The position numbers were made by a program, and so were the translations under genes. Positions 9,813-19,556 of a DNA stretch of 64,000 bases are shown in pieces. The number at the start of each line of letters is the position of its first letter. The stretch's first letter is position 1. The DNA comes from a virus (lineage: Duplodnaviria > Caudoviricetes). Location: positions 167,065 through 231,064 of IMG/VR virus record IMGVR_UViG_3300028591_000079; one strand, 5' to 3'. The notes below the pieces were generated by a model. The model made no database searches and had not been told where the DNA came from. It saw nothing but the letters and a program-made list of their open reading frames with translations.

Positions 9813-10134
9813 TTCTTTCTCCAACATAAAAATCATAAAAATCTTCTGGTGTCATTAGTGCATATTTTTCTTCATCAATAGAAACGATAAAGTCTTCATT
9901 TATTCTACCGTTTCTGGATGGACTATAATACCAATCCATAAGTGGAGAATCGTCTGTTATTTCTAAACCAATAAGAGCAGACAGATATTTTATAGCACGT
10001 TCTTCGTTTATATCAGGAATCGAATGAAAAAAACCACGAATGTAATTATCAAGAGCATCTTCAACAGCTTGTTTTTTCTGTTGTGCTTCAATGATTGCAT
10101 CTAATTCTTCAACAAATTGTTCTTTTGTGATCAT
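9805..10134 (-). CDS. Hypothetical protein
   Basis: 109-aa acidic ORF of a type common in phages (MITKEQF...EDFYDF). Confidence 0.6.
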   Translation of the reverse strand: MITKEQFVEELDAIIEAQQKKQAVEDALDNYIRGFFHSIPDINEERAIKYLSALIGLEITDDSPLMDWYYSPSRNGRINEDFIVSIDEEKYALMTPEDFYDFYVGERND

Positions 10135-10150
10135 ATTATTCTCTTTTTAT

Positions 10151-10371
10151 TGTTGGACCGCGGTAAATGAAAACCATTCCAGCCTTAGGTTGTGTTGGGT
10201 CAACTATTTTACAAACAGTGCGTCTCTATCTCATATTCTCTAGGCCACACCATTGTCCAAGGACTATGGAGATTGTATCCTTGGAAAAATCCCTTAGAGT
10301 CTCAACAGCTCCACACACATTGGCAGGTTACCCCTATCAATCTCCTTTATTCATTTCATTATGGTCCAACA
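10151..10371 (-). ncRNA. Candidate ~220-nt structured RNA with a pseudoknot
   Basis: 9-bp terminal helix, several internal helices, 8-bp loop-receptor pairing and its own promoter (TATAAT 10377-10382); no minus-strand ORF. Confidence 0.6.
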
Positions 10372-10398
10372 CCTTTATTATAGTATTTTTAATTTAAA

Positions 10399-11202
10399 TC
10401 ACAAGTTAAAAGACGATCTAATACTAAATTCTAAAGATTCTGCAGTGTCTTCTCTTGAATTTAGAACAATTGGTAATTTAGCCCCCATCAAAAGCCCTCC
10501 ACAAACCCAATTTTCACTTAGCGCTGTTAGACTTTTCCAAATTGCATTACCTTCATTTATATCTTTTACAACAATAACATCTGACACTGGACCACTTATA
10601 CCTTTTGATTCCCTAATGTTTTTATTGAGTGCCACATCTAATTGTTCTATTCTTAGTTGTCCTTCTGGGTATTCAAATTTGTTTTTATTCCACCAATCGT
10701 AATAAAATGGATTTGTTTCTCTATTGTTTTCGCCGCCGGCAGACAATAAAGATGTATATATTTCTTTTTTCTCCCACACACATTTCAAATAAACTTCTGT
10801 AGCATATTGAATCGCTTTTGGTATCAAATCCTCAGCATTCAATAATCTCAAGTTACATGCAGCATCGGTCAATATAAAAGTTTGATTTGTTTTTGTGTTT
10901 TTAAATATCCCACAATGAATCAATCTATCACCACCAAAATATTTATTCAACTCTATAATGGGTCTAATAAAGTTTTCTGTGTGAATTTTGCCTTTTACTA
11001 TAATATATTTTTCTTTTATCATTGTTAGTGTCACGTTTTTATTTGTAGCAGCATCATCTAACTTAAAATGATCAACTAAAGAATTCCTACCAATAACAGG
11101 AACAACATAAACTTCACCAACAACATTTTCTTTTTTTAGTTTATCAAAGACTTTAGCATGTTTTTCTGTAATCTGACCCAACAATAATATATCTTTTTTC
11201 AT
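10399..11202 (-). CDS. Phosphate acetyl/butyryltransferase-family protein (PTA_PTB)
   Basis: KG.IHT, LTDAACN, DVIVVKDINEGNAIWKSL, GGLLMGAKLPIVLNSRED. Confidence 0.8.
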   Translation of the reverse strand: MKKDILLLGQITEKHAKVFDKLKKENVVGEVYVVPVIGRNSLVDHFKLDDAATNKNVTLTMIKEKYIIVKGKIHTENFIRPIIELNKYFGGDRLIHCGIFKNTKTNQTFILTDAACNLRLLNAEDLIPKAIQYATEVYLKCVWEKKEIYTSLLSAGGENNRETNPFYYDWWNKNKFEYPEGQLRIEQLDVALNKNIRESKGISGPVSDVIVVKDINEGNAIWKSLTALSENWVCGGLLMGAKLPIVLNSREDTAESLEFSIRSSFNL

Positions 11203-11204
11203 AA

Positions 11205-11414
11205 TTATAATTCCTTTGATCTTTCAATTACACTTTTGGCAGCATTTTTTATGGATTTTTTGAATTGTTTCCACATCTTTTCAATATCATCTGGTGTATC
11301 TGTTTCTTTCACATGTTCCATACAAAAAGCCAAATACAGTTTTACATCAGACTTTTTTATCGTGTGCGGTACTTTTATGCATTTTAGCTTGCTATTGATT
11401 TCCTTCATTTTCAT
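11205..11414 (-). CDS. Hypothetical protein
   Basis: 69-aa ORF with GGAGG SD. Confidence 0.55.
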   Translation of the reverse strand: MKMKEINSKLKCIKVPHTIKKSDVKLYLAFCMEHVKETDTPDDIEKMWKQFKKSIKNAAKSVIERSKEL

Positions 11415-11976
11415 CTTTATAATCCCTCCAGTCCATTTTTAACATTGTATTTAGATAGTCCATAAGATTTCTTGTTTCTTCATCGTCTATACATAAATCA
11501 GCAACAGTCCAACAACCGTTTTTCAATACTCTCCAAGCTTTTGACCATCTTGTGTGCTTTTCCCATAATAAACACTCTGGGCACATCCAAATTGTAAAAG
11601 TATCATCAAAAGTATCTGGTTCAACAAGTAATGCATTGAAAGTACCCAAATCATGAAAATAAGTACCAAATAAACCTACATTTTTTCCCGTTTTTGGTTT
11701 ATATCCTGTTGCTTTTTTTAGATCTTTCAACAATTGTTGTGCTCTGTCTTTTGGTAAACATATAACATCTTGCCCTCTGTTTGTGTACCCCTTGAACAAT
11801 ATTGCAAAAAAATCTTTAATCTTATTCCACCACAAATACCATGCAGACCTTTGTGATCCCATATAAGTAAATAATGTCCAATAAGTTACATATGGTACAT
11901 TATTGGCTGGATTTTTATTTACATCTAATCTCAAAGCATCCATTTCACAACTACAAGAATAATAAGAATTAATCAT
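11392..11976 (-). CDS. Hypothetical protein
   Basis: 194-aa ORF with AAGGAG SD and a weak internal duplication (W.KIK..F.IL..G / W.KAWRVLK.G). Confidence 0.6.
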   Translation of the reverse strand: MINSYYSCSCEMDALRLDVNKNPANNVPYVTYWTLFTYMGSQRSAWYLWWNKIKDFFAILFKGYTNRGQDVICLPKDRAQQLLKDLKKATGYKPKTGKNVGLFGTYFHDLGTFNALLVEPDTFDDTFTIWMCPECLLWEKHTRWSKAWRVLKNGCWTVADLCIDDEETRNLMDYLNTMLKMDWRDYKDENEGNQ

Positions 11977-11987
11977 TTTAACTCCTT

Positions 11988-12512
11988 TTATTTGATTTTT
12001 TCTTCTACAAAATGATTATCTTCATCATAGTATACAACATATTTTATTCCGCATCTACGTAAAAATTCCCAACATCCTTTACATGGTTTTGAGCTTCCTC
12101 TAGTATCAGATAACAATCCACCCTTTCTTCTTGCTACAACTATCATAGGAATCTTTAAGGATCTTACAAATTCAAAAAAATACTTTTCTTGGCTTTCTGT
12201 TGGATTAGTTATTTTATTTGTGAACATAGCGCCAACCCCAGCAACATCCAATTCCATTATTGTTCTTGAATCTATAACTTTAGTAACATAATTTCTAACA
12301 GCATCCAATTCACAATGACTACCTCTCTGATCTCGCCTATATCCGTTTTTTTGCTTCATCCAAAAATATGGTTGTTTGGTATTATGTCCTATTGATAATA
12401 TATTCCCGTCTTTATCTAACAAACAAGCAGCCATTCTTTGCCGATATTCTGAGTTTACAGTTTCATCAAAAGCAACATTTAAAGCTTTCAACATTTCATG
12501 ACGGTTTATCAA
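11988..12512 (-). CDS. Cytidine/dCMP deaminase-like zinc protein
   Basis: SIGHN, HCELDAV (HxE) and SKPCKGC (PCxxC). Confidence 0.75.
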   Translation of the reverse strand: MINRHEMLKALNVAFDETVNSEYRQRMAACLLDKDGNILSIGHNTKQPYFWMKQKNGYRRDQRGSHCELDAVRNYVTKVIDSRTIMELDVAGVGAMFTNKITNPTESQEKYFFEFVRSLKIPMIVVARRKGGLLSDTRGSSKPCKGCWEFLRRCGIKYVVYYDEDNHFVEEKIK

Positions 12513-12655
12513 AATTTTCTCCTTTTTTTAGTATTATATTGAACTTAATAAAAAATGCAATTAAAAAATTTTCTCAAACTAATTAATTTTCATAGTTCTA
12601 TTTATTAGATATACTATTTGAATGGAGAAACCTATATACAAGAGAATTAGTTAAA

Positions 12656-13069
12656 ATGTCATTACAGAAGATGGATCCAGACACTAAAATGGAGATAATC
12701 ATCAATATGGCATGGGGCACTCCGCTAAAAATTATTGCACAAAAGTATAAGACCACAGAAAGTAAAATTATAAACCTTAGAAAAAACAACTATAAACTAT
12801 ATAATCAAATTTCAGAAGGTTTTTATATAGCAGATGAAGTTGCGGTTTTAGGTTTATGTCCAATACATGAAAGAGCTGTAAATGTAATAAGAAACAAATA
12901 CAAATCTCGTTTCAAAATATTAGATGAAAATAATTACTTACTTGATGGTTCTGCAATACTAATGGATAAAATAATAGAAATAGCAGACTCCATTATAGCT
13001 TTAGATGATATTCCTCCACTAAACGAAAGTAGATGGTTGAAGAATTTTTATAAAGAATGTAAAAAGTAA
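12656..13069 (+). CDS. Hypothetical protein with an N-terminal HTH-like segment
   Basis: GTPLKIIAQKYKTTESKI resembles an HTH. Confidence 0.5.
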   Translation: MSLQKMDPDTKMEIIINMAWGTPLKIIAQKYKTTESKIINLRKNNYKLYNQISEGFYIADEVAVLGLCPIHERAVNVIRNKYKSRFKILDENNYLLDGSAILMDKIIEIADSIIALDDIPPLNESRWLKNFYKECKK

Positions 13070-13084
13070 AAGGAGCAACTTAAT

Positions 13085-13474
13085 ATGCAAACTAAAACAA
13101 GAGAAGTAGAAATACCAGAAGGAATGTCTCTAATGGACTACGCAAAACAAACAAAAGGGATATATATAAATCTTTTGAATCTTTGTGGTCGTTCTCCTAC
13201 AAGTGGCAAGTATGAATTTAGATATATGTTGTCAAATAAAAGTCTGTATGGTGAAAAGGTAAAAATCGTAAACGCAGGACAAGAATTAGATGCAACAGTC
13301 CTTTATAGTTGTTTAGGAACTGATTATAGAGACAAAAAACAATATAGGGAAGAATTCAAAAAAGCTGTTGATGAATTAGTAAAAGATTATAGAACACAAG
13401 AAAGAATTGATGCTCATATCTCTGGTGAAAACTATTCATTAGAAGAATTGCGCAAAAAAGGACTATTGGATTAA
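13085..13474 (+). CDS. Hypothetical protein
   Basis: 129-aa ORF with AAGGAG SD. Confidence 0.6.
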   Translation: MQTKTREVEIPEGMSLMDYAKQTKGIYINLLNLCGRSPTSGKYEFRYMLSNKSLYGEKVKIVNAGQELDATVLYSCLGTDYRDKKQYREEFKKAVDELVKDYRTQERIDAHISGENYSLEELRKKGLLD

Positions 13475-13476
13475 AA

Positions 13477-13749
13477 ATGGATAAAAAAGTTGAATATATT
13501 GCTGAATTGTTGGGTATGGAAAATCAAGATGTGGCATTGGTCTTGTATACATATCTCAGTAAAGTATTGGAAGATTTAGTTCACAACAGATACGCAGTTA
13601 CCATATTTGGAGAATTGGTATTTGATGATGAAAATAATATAGTCTTCAAAAACAACAAATTCGAATTCAACAATAAGCTTTTTGACCGTAAAGATATATT
13701 GTCAATTTTACAGGTAGTTGAATATGGACCGGGTGGAAGAGTTTTTTAA
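13477..13749 (+). CDS. Hypothetical protein
   Basis: 90-aa ORF in operon. Confidence 0.55.
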   Translation: MDKKVEYIAELLGMENQDVALVLYTYLSKVLEDLVHNRYAVTIFGELVFDDENNIVFKNNKFEFNNKLFDRKDILSILQVVEYGPGGRVF

Positions 13750-13999
13750 GAAGCCAAGAAGAAAATTGTCAATAGAAGAAATAGATGATATGCTGGATCT
13801 TCTTGACAAAGTGTATGATTCTGCTCTAAACAAAAAAGAAGATTACTACATTCAAATTGCTCTTATACATCTTCTTGTCGGATACCCAAATGAAAACACA
13901 AAATATTCAGAAGCTACACTAAAAATAAATGACTGGATATATCAACTAAGACCAATAATAAACGAATATAGGATTAAACACCACCATGGCAAAGTTTGA
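13718..13999 (+). CDS. Hypothetical protein
   Basis: 93-aa ORF overlapping both neighbours. Confidence 0.5.
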   Translation: MNMDRVEEFFKKPRRKLSIEEIDDMLDLLDKVYDSALNKKEDYYIQIALIHLLVGYPNENTKYSEATLKINDWIYQLRPIINEYRIKHHHGKV

Positions 14000-14573
14000 A
14001 AACCAAAAGTATATATTTAATGAGGATTTTAGTTCTGAAGATTTTGTCTATATGGCTTTTTCTATGCTAGAGACTCGTGGTTATCATGGGCTTATTGAAT
14101 TGATGTCGATAATAGATGATCCAGATAAAATAATGCAAATCATATACTTATTCAACGGTATGGAAATAAAAATGCCAAAAAGTACCGAATTTGCTGACAC
14201 CCTAAAATCTTGTGCTATGGCTTATTTTATGCTTAATGGAAATGCTTATTCTAAAAACGGATTTACTAAAAAAGAAGCAATGGCAACACTAAACGTAGAA
14301 TCAGAAGAAGAATATGAAAAACTTGTAAAAATATATCAAGACTGGGTTGCTCGCATGAAAGATAATGGATTCTACGTACAAGACTACCTAAAATTCAAAA
14401 ATAATACCGAACTAAACAAGGTAGAAAGAATACAAGGAATATATAAACCCGGCAATAGACTCAAAAAAATATTCTCTATAAAAAAATTTAAACAAGAGGC
14501 AAAAAAACCTAAAAAGAGAAAATCACCAACAAAAAAACCAAAAATAATGGAAGAGACGAAAAATGAACAATGA
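13986..14573 (+). CDS. Hypothetical protein with a basic C-terminus
   Basis: 195-aa ORF upstream of the terminase genes. Confidence 0.6.
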   Translation: MAKFENQKYIFNEDFSSEDFVYMAFSMLETRGYHGLIELMSIIDDPDKIMQIIYLFNGMEIKMPKSTEFADTLKSCAMAYFMLNGNAYSKNGFTKKEAMATLNVESEEEYEKLVKIYQDWVARMKDNGFYVQDYLKFKNNTELNKVERIQGIYKPGNRLKKIFSIKKFKQEAKKPKKRKSPTKKPKIMEETKNEQ

Positions 14574-15237
14574 CGATATGCCTAAAAAATGGACTGAAAT
14601 GGCCAATAGTGAAGAAACAGAACAAAACACTTCAATTGCCAATTATGAAGAAGAACAAGTCCCAGCATTATCATACGAAGAACAAAAAGAATTAGTAGAA
14701 CAAGAATCCCCAGAAGAATATAAAGACATGTTTGGGGCCCTTGTTGAAGTTTCTAATATGGCAAATCTTCTTTCTAAAATTGACACAGACGAAAGCCAAT
14801 ATGTAAGACGTAAAATGTTAGATATCGTGTCAGAAGAATTTATTAGAAAACGTATGAACACTAATGTAAAACTCGAAGATATGAAATTAAGACTTTTAAA
14901 TAGAGTTTATGATAATATTGACCAATTAGATCTCACAACATCATACGAAATGCTCAAAGGTATACATGAAATGACTCAAGGAGAAGCACAATCCCCAATA
15001 GGAAGATATGCAAATCCGTCTATTATACCAACACAAAATACGGGTCCTACAATTAATATATCAACCGGAGAAGGAAATATAAATACAGCAACAATATCTC
15101 CAACCCCAGCTCCAACAAGTAACATTAATCTAAAGGATCTTTCCCGCATGAGTGAAGCACAAAAAGCATGGGGGGATCTAAAAGTAAAGAAAAAAGATCC
15201 AATAATAATAAATACAGAGGGTAAAGATAAACAATAA
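14563..15237 (+). CDS. Hypothetical protein, possibly terminase small subunit
   Basis: Helical core and T/N-rich tail; translationally coupled to terL (positional inference). Confidence 0.35.
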   Translation: MNNDDMPKKWTEMANSEETEQNTSIANYEEEQVPALSYEEQKELVEQESPEEYKDMFGALVEVSNMANLLSKIDTDESQYVRRKMLDIVSEEFIRKRMNTNVKLEDMKLRLLNRVYDNIDQLDLTTSYEMLKGIHEMTQGEAQSPIGRYANPSIIPTQNTGPTINISTGEGNINTATISPTPAPTSNINLKDLSRMSEAQKAWGDLKVKKKDPIIINTEGKDKQ

Positions 15238-17270
15238 TGATAACAAAGACTCAATTTACAGAAAGCGAAATAGATCAAAAAATAGATAATCTTCCCTCTA
15301 TATCTTTTGATGATAATGAAGAATTTCAAAGAGTTGTTATGTCTCAAGATTTTACGGACATATTCAACTATATTATGCAAACAAGAGACATTCCAGATAA
15401 AATTAGAGCTTTAAATGAAATAGATCAAAGAATATCACTCTATCTTACATTAACAAGTCAAGATGAAAATTTTATATCTCAATCTGATCAAATACTTTAC
15501 GCCAGACATTTTCCAGATATTGAAGAATTTTTAGATAATAATTTTTATATGGGATATACATCTGGAACTATTTATCCATACTGGCGTGAAAAAATGTTAT
15601 TAATGTTTGATAAAGGTTCCACAATCAAAAAAGCTGTTTATACGGGCTGTATTGGATCTGGTAAATCTACAATAGCCAGAAAATGTTCAATATATTCCCT
15701 GTATAAAGTATTATGTTTACGCCATCCTCGTGCAGTATTCAATGTAGATAATGATGCAACCTTAGCTAGCTTTATTTATTCTATCACCTTGAAGACAGTG
15801 TATGAAACTAACCTTATGCCTTTTGTAAAGATTTTGGATAGTATGCCATGTTTTCAAAGAGTTCAAAAAATAGCAGCCTTCAAAAATTTCGATATATCAG
15901 AAGAAACATCACCTATCCCTTATTGTGTTACTGGATCAGGTGGAGATACTACAATTCATTTTGCCAACAATATTATTCAGTTCGCAGGATCTCAGGAAAC
16001 ACACCAAACTGGTAGAAATATTTTTAATGCTTTCTTGGACGAAGTCTCTGAAAAAGGCCTTGAAGATGGTCTTAGAATTATTAATGCTCTTGATGCTCGT
16101 ATTTCATCTCGTTTCCAAGGATCTAACTTTACATTTTTTAGTATTGTATCATCAGCGAAAGAAAAAGCCAGTCCTATTGGTGCCTATATTAGATCGATTC
16201 CACAAGATGATAAAGAAAGTATAGTATTCTCGCCTAAACTATGGGAAGTTAAACCAGATCCGGATTTTCAAGGTGATGGCAGAACTTTTACTGTATTAGT
16301 GGGAAATGGAATTATACCATCAAGAATTATAGATAATGAAATAGAATTAGAACAAATTAAGAATGGTGAATTTGTTTTGCAGAATGGGTGTGAAATTATT
16401 GAGCCACCTCTTTTCTATAAACAAAAATTTGAAATGAACATAGATCAAGCCATTCAAGATATTGCAGGTATCGCTACCGGTGGTGAAGATCTTGTTTTTA
16501 GAGATACATCAAAATTACAAGATACTAACTTGTGTCCTGAAATTCATTTTGTGGCAGATCTAGGTAAAAAAACGGATCTATTCCAATTTTTACCATCTCA
16601 TTTGTTTACAACAGATTTAAGTGGGAGAAAAAGATTTAAAAGAGCACCAAACGCTGAAAGGGTTGTGCATCTTGATTTAGCAGAAGCATCAGGAGAAACA
16701 GAGGCAGGTATAGGATTGATGCACAAAGAATTATATAAAGCACCAAATTCCGTTTTCCCGGAAGAAATATATGTTGTTGATTTTATTGGATATGTAAATT
16801 CAAAAACAAGAATTGACCTAGAGGCAATACAAAACCTATATATAAAACTTGTAACAGAATATGGTTGCAATATAAGACTTATGAGTTCAGACCAACATCA
16901 AGGCGAATTAATGAGACAATTTTTTGATAATCATAGACTAGCGACAGAAACAGCATATATATCAGTTGACCGTACTTTGCAACCATATAACAACACAGCA
17001 AGGCTTATTGAATTGGGTAGAGTAAAAATTGGTAAATGTCCTTATCTTATTGAACAAATGGAAAACGTTGGCATTAGAAGTGGTAAAGCAGTAAGACTAA
17101 ACGCAACAAGAAAAGATATGACCGATGTTCTTTGTGGTATGATAGAAGGAGCACGCATTTGTAATTTATCAGCTGCTTATACTTATTCGGTTTCACCACA
17201 AGAAAAAGAAAACAAGGATACTATACAATCCTTGTTAAAATCTGATCAATTTTTGGTAGATATATTATAG
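15237..17270 (+). CDS. terL: Terminase large subunit
   Basis: Walker A GCIGSGKST, Walker B AFLDEV, coupling motif VSS, nuclease motifs VHLDLA, SSDQHQ, KDMTDVLCG. Confidence 0.85.
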   Translation: MITKTQFTESEIDQKIDNLPSISFDDNEEFQRVVMSQDFTDIFNYIMQTRDIPDKIRALNEIDQRISLYLTLTSQDENFISQSDQILYARHFPDIEEFLDNNFYMGYTSGTIYPYWREKMLLMFDKGSTIKKAVYTGCIGSGKSTIARKCSIYSLYKVLCLRHPRAVFNVDNDATLASFIYSITLKTVYETNLMPFVKILDSMPCFQRVQKIAAFKNFDISEETSPIPYCVTGSGGDTTIHFANNIIQFAGSQETHQTGRNIFNAFLDEVSEKGLEDGLRIINALDARISSRFQGSNFTFFSIVSSAKEKASPIGAYIRSIPQDDKESIVFSPKLWEVKPDPDFQGDGRTFTVLVGNGIIPSRIIDNEIELEQIKNGEFVLQNGCEIIEPPLFYKQKFEMNIDQAIQDIAGIATGGEDLVFRDTSKLQDTNLCPEIHFVADLGKKTDLFQFLPSHLFTTDLSGRKRFKRAPNAERVVHLDLAEASGETEAGIGLMHKELYKAPNSVFPEEIYVVDFIGYVNSKTRIDLEAIQNLYIKLVTEYGCNIRLMSSDQHQGELMRQFFDNHRLATETAYISVDRTLQPYNNTARLIELGRVKIGKCPYLIEQMENVGIRSGKAVRLNATRKDMTDVLCGMIEGARICNLSAAYTYSVSPQEKENKDTIQSLLKSDQFLVDIL

Positions 17271-19556
17271 AAACTCTGGCGATGTTAGTGGTAGTTTTTT
17301 GATTCTTTCTAATTCTGCCACCATTTTATTTGTACCTTTATTATATTTATCTAACATGTTTGACATTTTTACCAGATCCATATTGTCACCAACTCTAAGC
17401 AACCAATCATTAACGTTTTTATTTCTTTTTTCTATCGCTTTTGTTTTACGCGCTATGATTTTATCTTTTTTAGCTTGTCTTGTATCAATTATAGATTTTT
17501 CAAAAGCATCAGTTTCATCGTTTCTTACTGGCCAATACACATCATCAGTATCTTCAGTCATTTGAGAAAATAGATTATCAGTAAAATCAACTAAATTATC
17601 GGCAGAATCTATAACTATTTTTTTGATTCTAATTTGATCATCTAAAAGTGGCTTTGCATTTTTCTTCATTTTATTTGGATCACTATTGAAAAGACTGCTA
17701 TCTAATAATTTTTGTCCTTCAAAATTAAAATCTTTTATTTCCGTATTATAAAGATGAAAGACTTTTTCTGTTTCTAATAGTTTTGCTCTATCAATAAAAC
17801 TGATATTATTTCTTACTTTTTCAATAAATTCCTTGAGTTGTTCTGGAGTTTTACCAATCAGAACCATAAAATTTGTCCCCATTTTATGTAGAAAATACAT
17901 ATATTTAGATGATCCAGCATCAAAAGATATGGTAACAACAGTACTATAAAAACCATATATATCTTCAATAGTCAAATCTGATGTAGTGTCTTCTGTAAGT
18001 TTTGTAAATAAATCATTAGTAAAATCAGCTAAATTATCATAAGAACGACCCATAATATCTCTAATTTGTACTTCTTCTTGATCTAATTGCTTTTCGCTTG
18101 AGATAAACTTTTTTGGATCATCTACATATAAACTACTATCTAATAATTTCTGTCCTTCAAAATCAAAGTCTTTTATTTCAGTAGAATAAAGCATACCAGT
18201 TAGAGTTGTACTAAGAATACATGAATCGTTGCTTATTTGTTTTATATTTTGGTTTATTTTTTGGTTAAACTCATCAATTTGACCTAAATCCTTACCAAGT
18301 ACTACATAATATTTTCTTATTTTAGTATCAGAACCAGGAAATAATAAAGACAAACGAACAACACAACCATAATAACTATAAATATCATCTATAGTTTCAT
18401 TATCTTCTTTTTTAGATTTTTTCTTTTTCTTTGAGCCCGGTCGTGGATATTGTGTATGGGTAACGGCTGGAGCAAAAGAAGCAGTAGTAACCCCACCACC
18501 AATGCCAGCAGCACAACAACATTCTTCTAAATTTGGGTGGTCTTTCATGTATTCAACCAAATCAGTAAAATAATTATTAGCAAACTCTTCTGGTGTATAA
18601 TAAAAGTCATATTTCAAAATTGGCAAATATGGATTTAGAGCTGGAATATTTGCTTCTGTTTCTGCTTTATATGCCACCTTTACTATATCAAAATCTGGGT
18701 TAAACAACAATTGATCATCAAAATTATAATCTTTAGCTGCAACACTATAAATAACACCTTTATCTTTTGATTTATAAACTTTACATTGTCTGTCTGTTTT
18801 TTTGTTTTTATTGTGTTTTTGTACGTTTGCATATATTTTTAGAAGATCCTTTGCCGCCTGTTCTTTTGTTGGAGAGAAAAATGAATACCAACTTGCGTAG
18901 TTAAATATTTGCTTTGTTGGACCTATACTAACATGTGTAACGTATATTTTATAATCATCTGCATTTATAGTGTCATCTGATTCTGTTAGTGTTGATTCTT
19001 TTAAATATCCTAATTTATATGCTTTTATATAATCTTCAATCATATTATCCATAAATCTATCTTTCTGAGGATACATACCAACAGAATCCATTTTTTGCAT
19101 TATATCAGAATCATAAGCATACCATCTTTTTGCAAATGCTTTTTCTACTGGTAATTCTAATAATTTTTGTTTTATTGAAAAATTATCTTGTAATACATCT
19201 TGAGAATTATAATCAAAAAAACCAGCAACAACACTGTATTCTAAACTTAAATCATATGTTACCACTCTTACCTTATTTTGCCCATCATAGTTATCACCAA
19301 ATTCTGAAGCAACTTTTGATCTTATTATTCTATCAAACTCGTATCCTTGTTCTTTATCTTTTGCAATATAATACAAATGAAACGCAATCTCTGCAGAGTC
19401 ACTTTCTTCTGGAGTCAATCCATAAGTTTTCAGTAACATATCAGGGAAAATATCATAAGATGGATCCATATTAATATAAACAGCGCAATGACCAACAAAA
19501 CAAGCATATTGTGTTTCTTCAATTTCATCAAAAAGATTTTTTATTGAGTCTTCCAT
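17265..19556 (-). CDS. Large modular protein, probable internal head protein, with a ~100-aa internal duplication
   Basis: TI(D/E)DIY...KDF.FEGQKLLDSSL...DNL.DFT..LF occurs twice; many (L/I/M)xE motifs. Confidence 0.55.
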   Translation of the reverse strand: MEDSIKNLFDEIEETQYACFVGHCAVYINMDPSYDIFPDMLLKTYGLTPEESDSAEIAFHLYYIAKDKEQGYEFDRIIRSKVASEFGDNYDGQNKVRVVTYDLSLEYSVVAGFFDYNSQDVLQDNFSIKQKLLELPVEKAFAKRWYAYDSDIMQKMDSVGMYPQKDRFMDNMIEDYIKAYKLGYLKESTLTESDDTINADDYKIYVTHVSIGPTKQIFNYASWYSFFSPTKEQAAKDLLKIYANVQKHNKNKKTDRQCKVYKSKDKGVIYSVAAKDYNFDDQLLFNPDFDIVKVAYKAETEANIPALNPYLPILKYDFYYTPEEFANNYFTDLVEYMKDHPNLEECCCAAGIGGGVTTASFAPAVTHTQYPRPGSKKKKKSKKEDNETIDDIYSYYGCVVRLSLLFPGSDTKIRKYYVVLGKDLGQIDEFNQKINQNIKQISNDSCILSTTLTGMLYSTEIKDFDFEGQKLLDSSLYVDDPKKFISSEKQLDQEEVQIRDIMGRSYDNLADFTNDLFTKLTEDTTSDLTIEDIYGFYSTVVTISFDAGSSKYMYFLHKMGTNFMVLIGKTPEQLKEFIEKVRNNISFIDRAKLLETEKVFHLYNTEIKDFNFEGQKLLDSSLFNSDPNKMKKNAKPLLDDQIRIKKIVIDSADNLVDFTDNLFSQMTEDTDDVYWPVRNDETDAFEKSIIDTRQAKKDKIIARKTKAIEKRNKNVNDWLLRVGDNMDLVKMSNMLDKYNKGTNKMVAELERIKKLPLTSPEFL

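Noticed and set aside
10151-10371. Assignment as a group I intron, RNase P or raiA RNA
   Set aside because: GAGACTCT and AGATAGAGAC resemble P7 elements but do not pair correctly and no gene is interrupted; the RNase P GAGGAAAGTCC core is absent; raiA similarity is limited to one short stretch.
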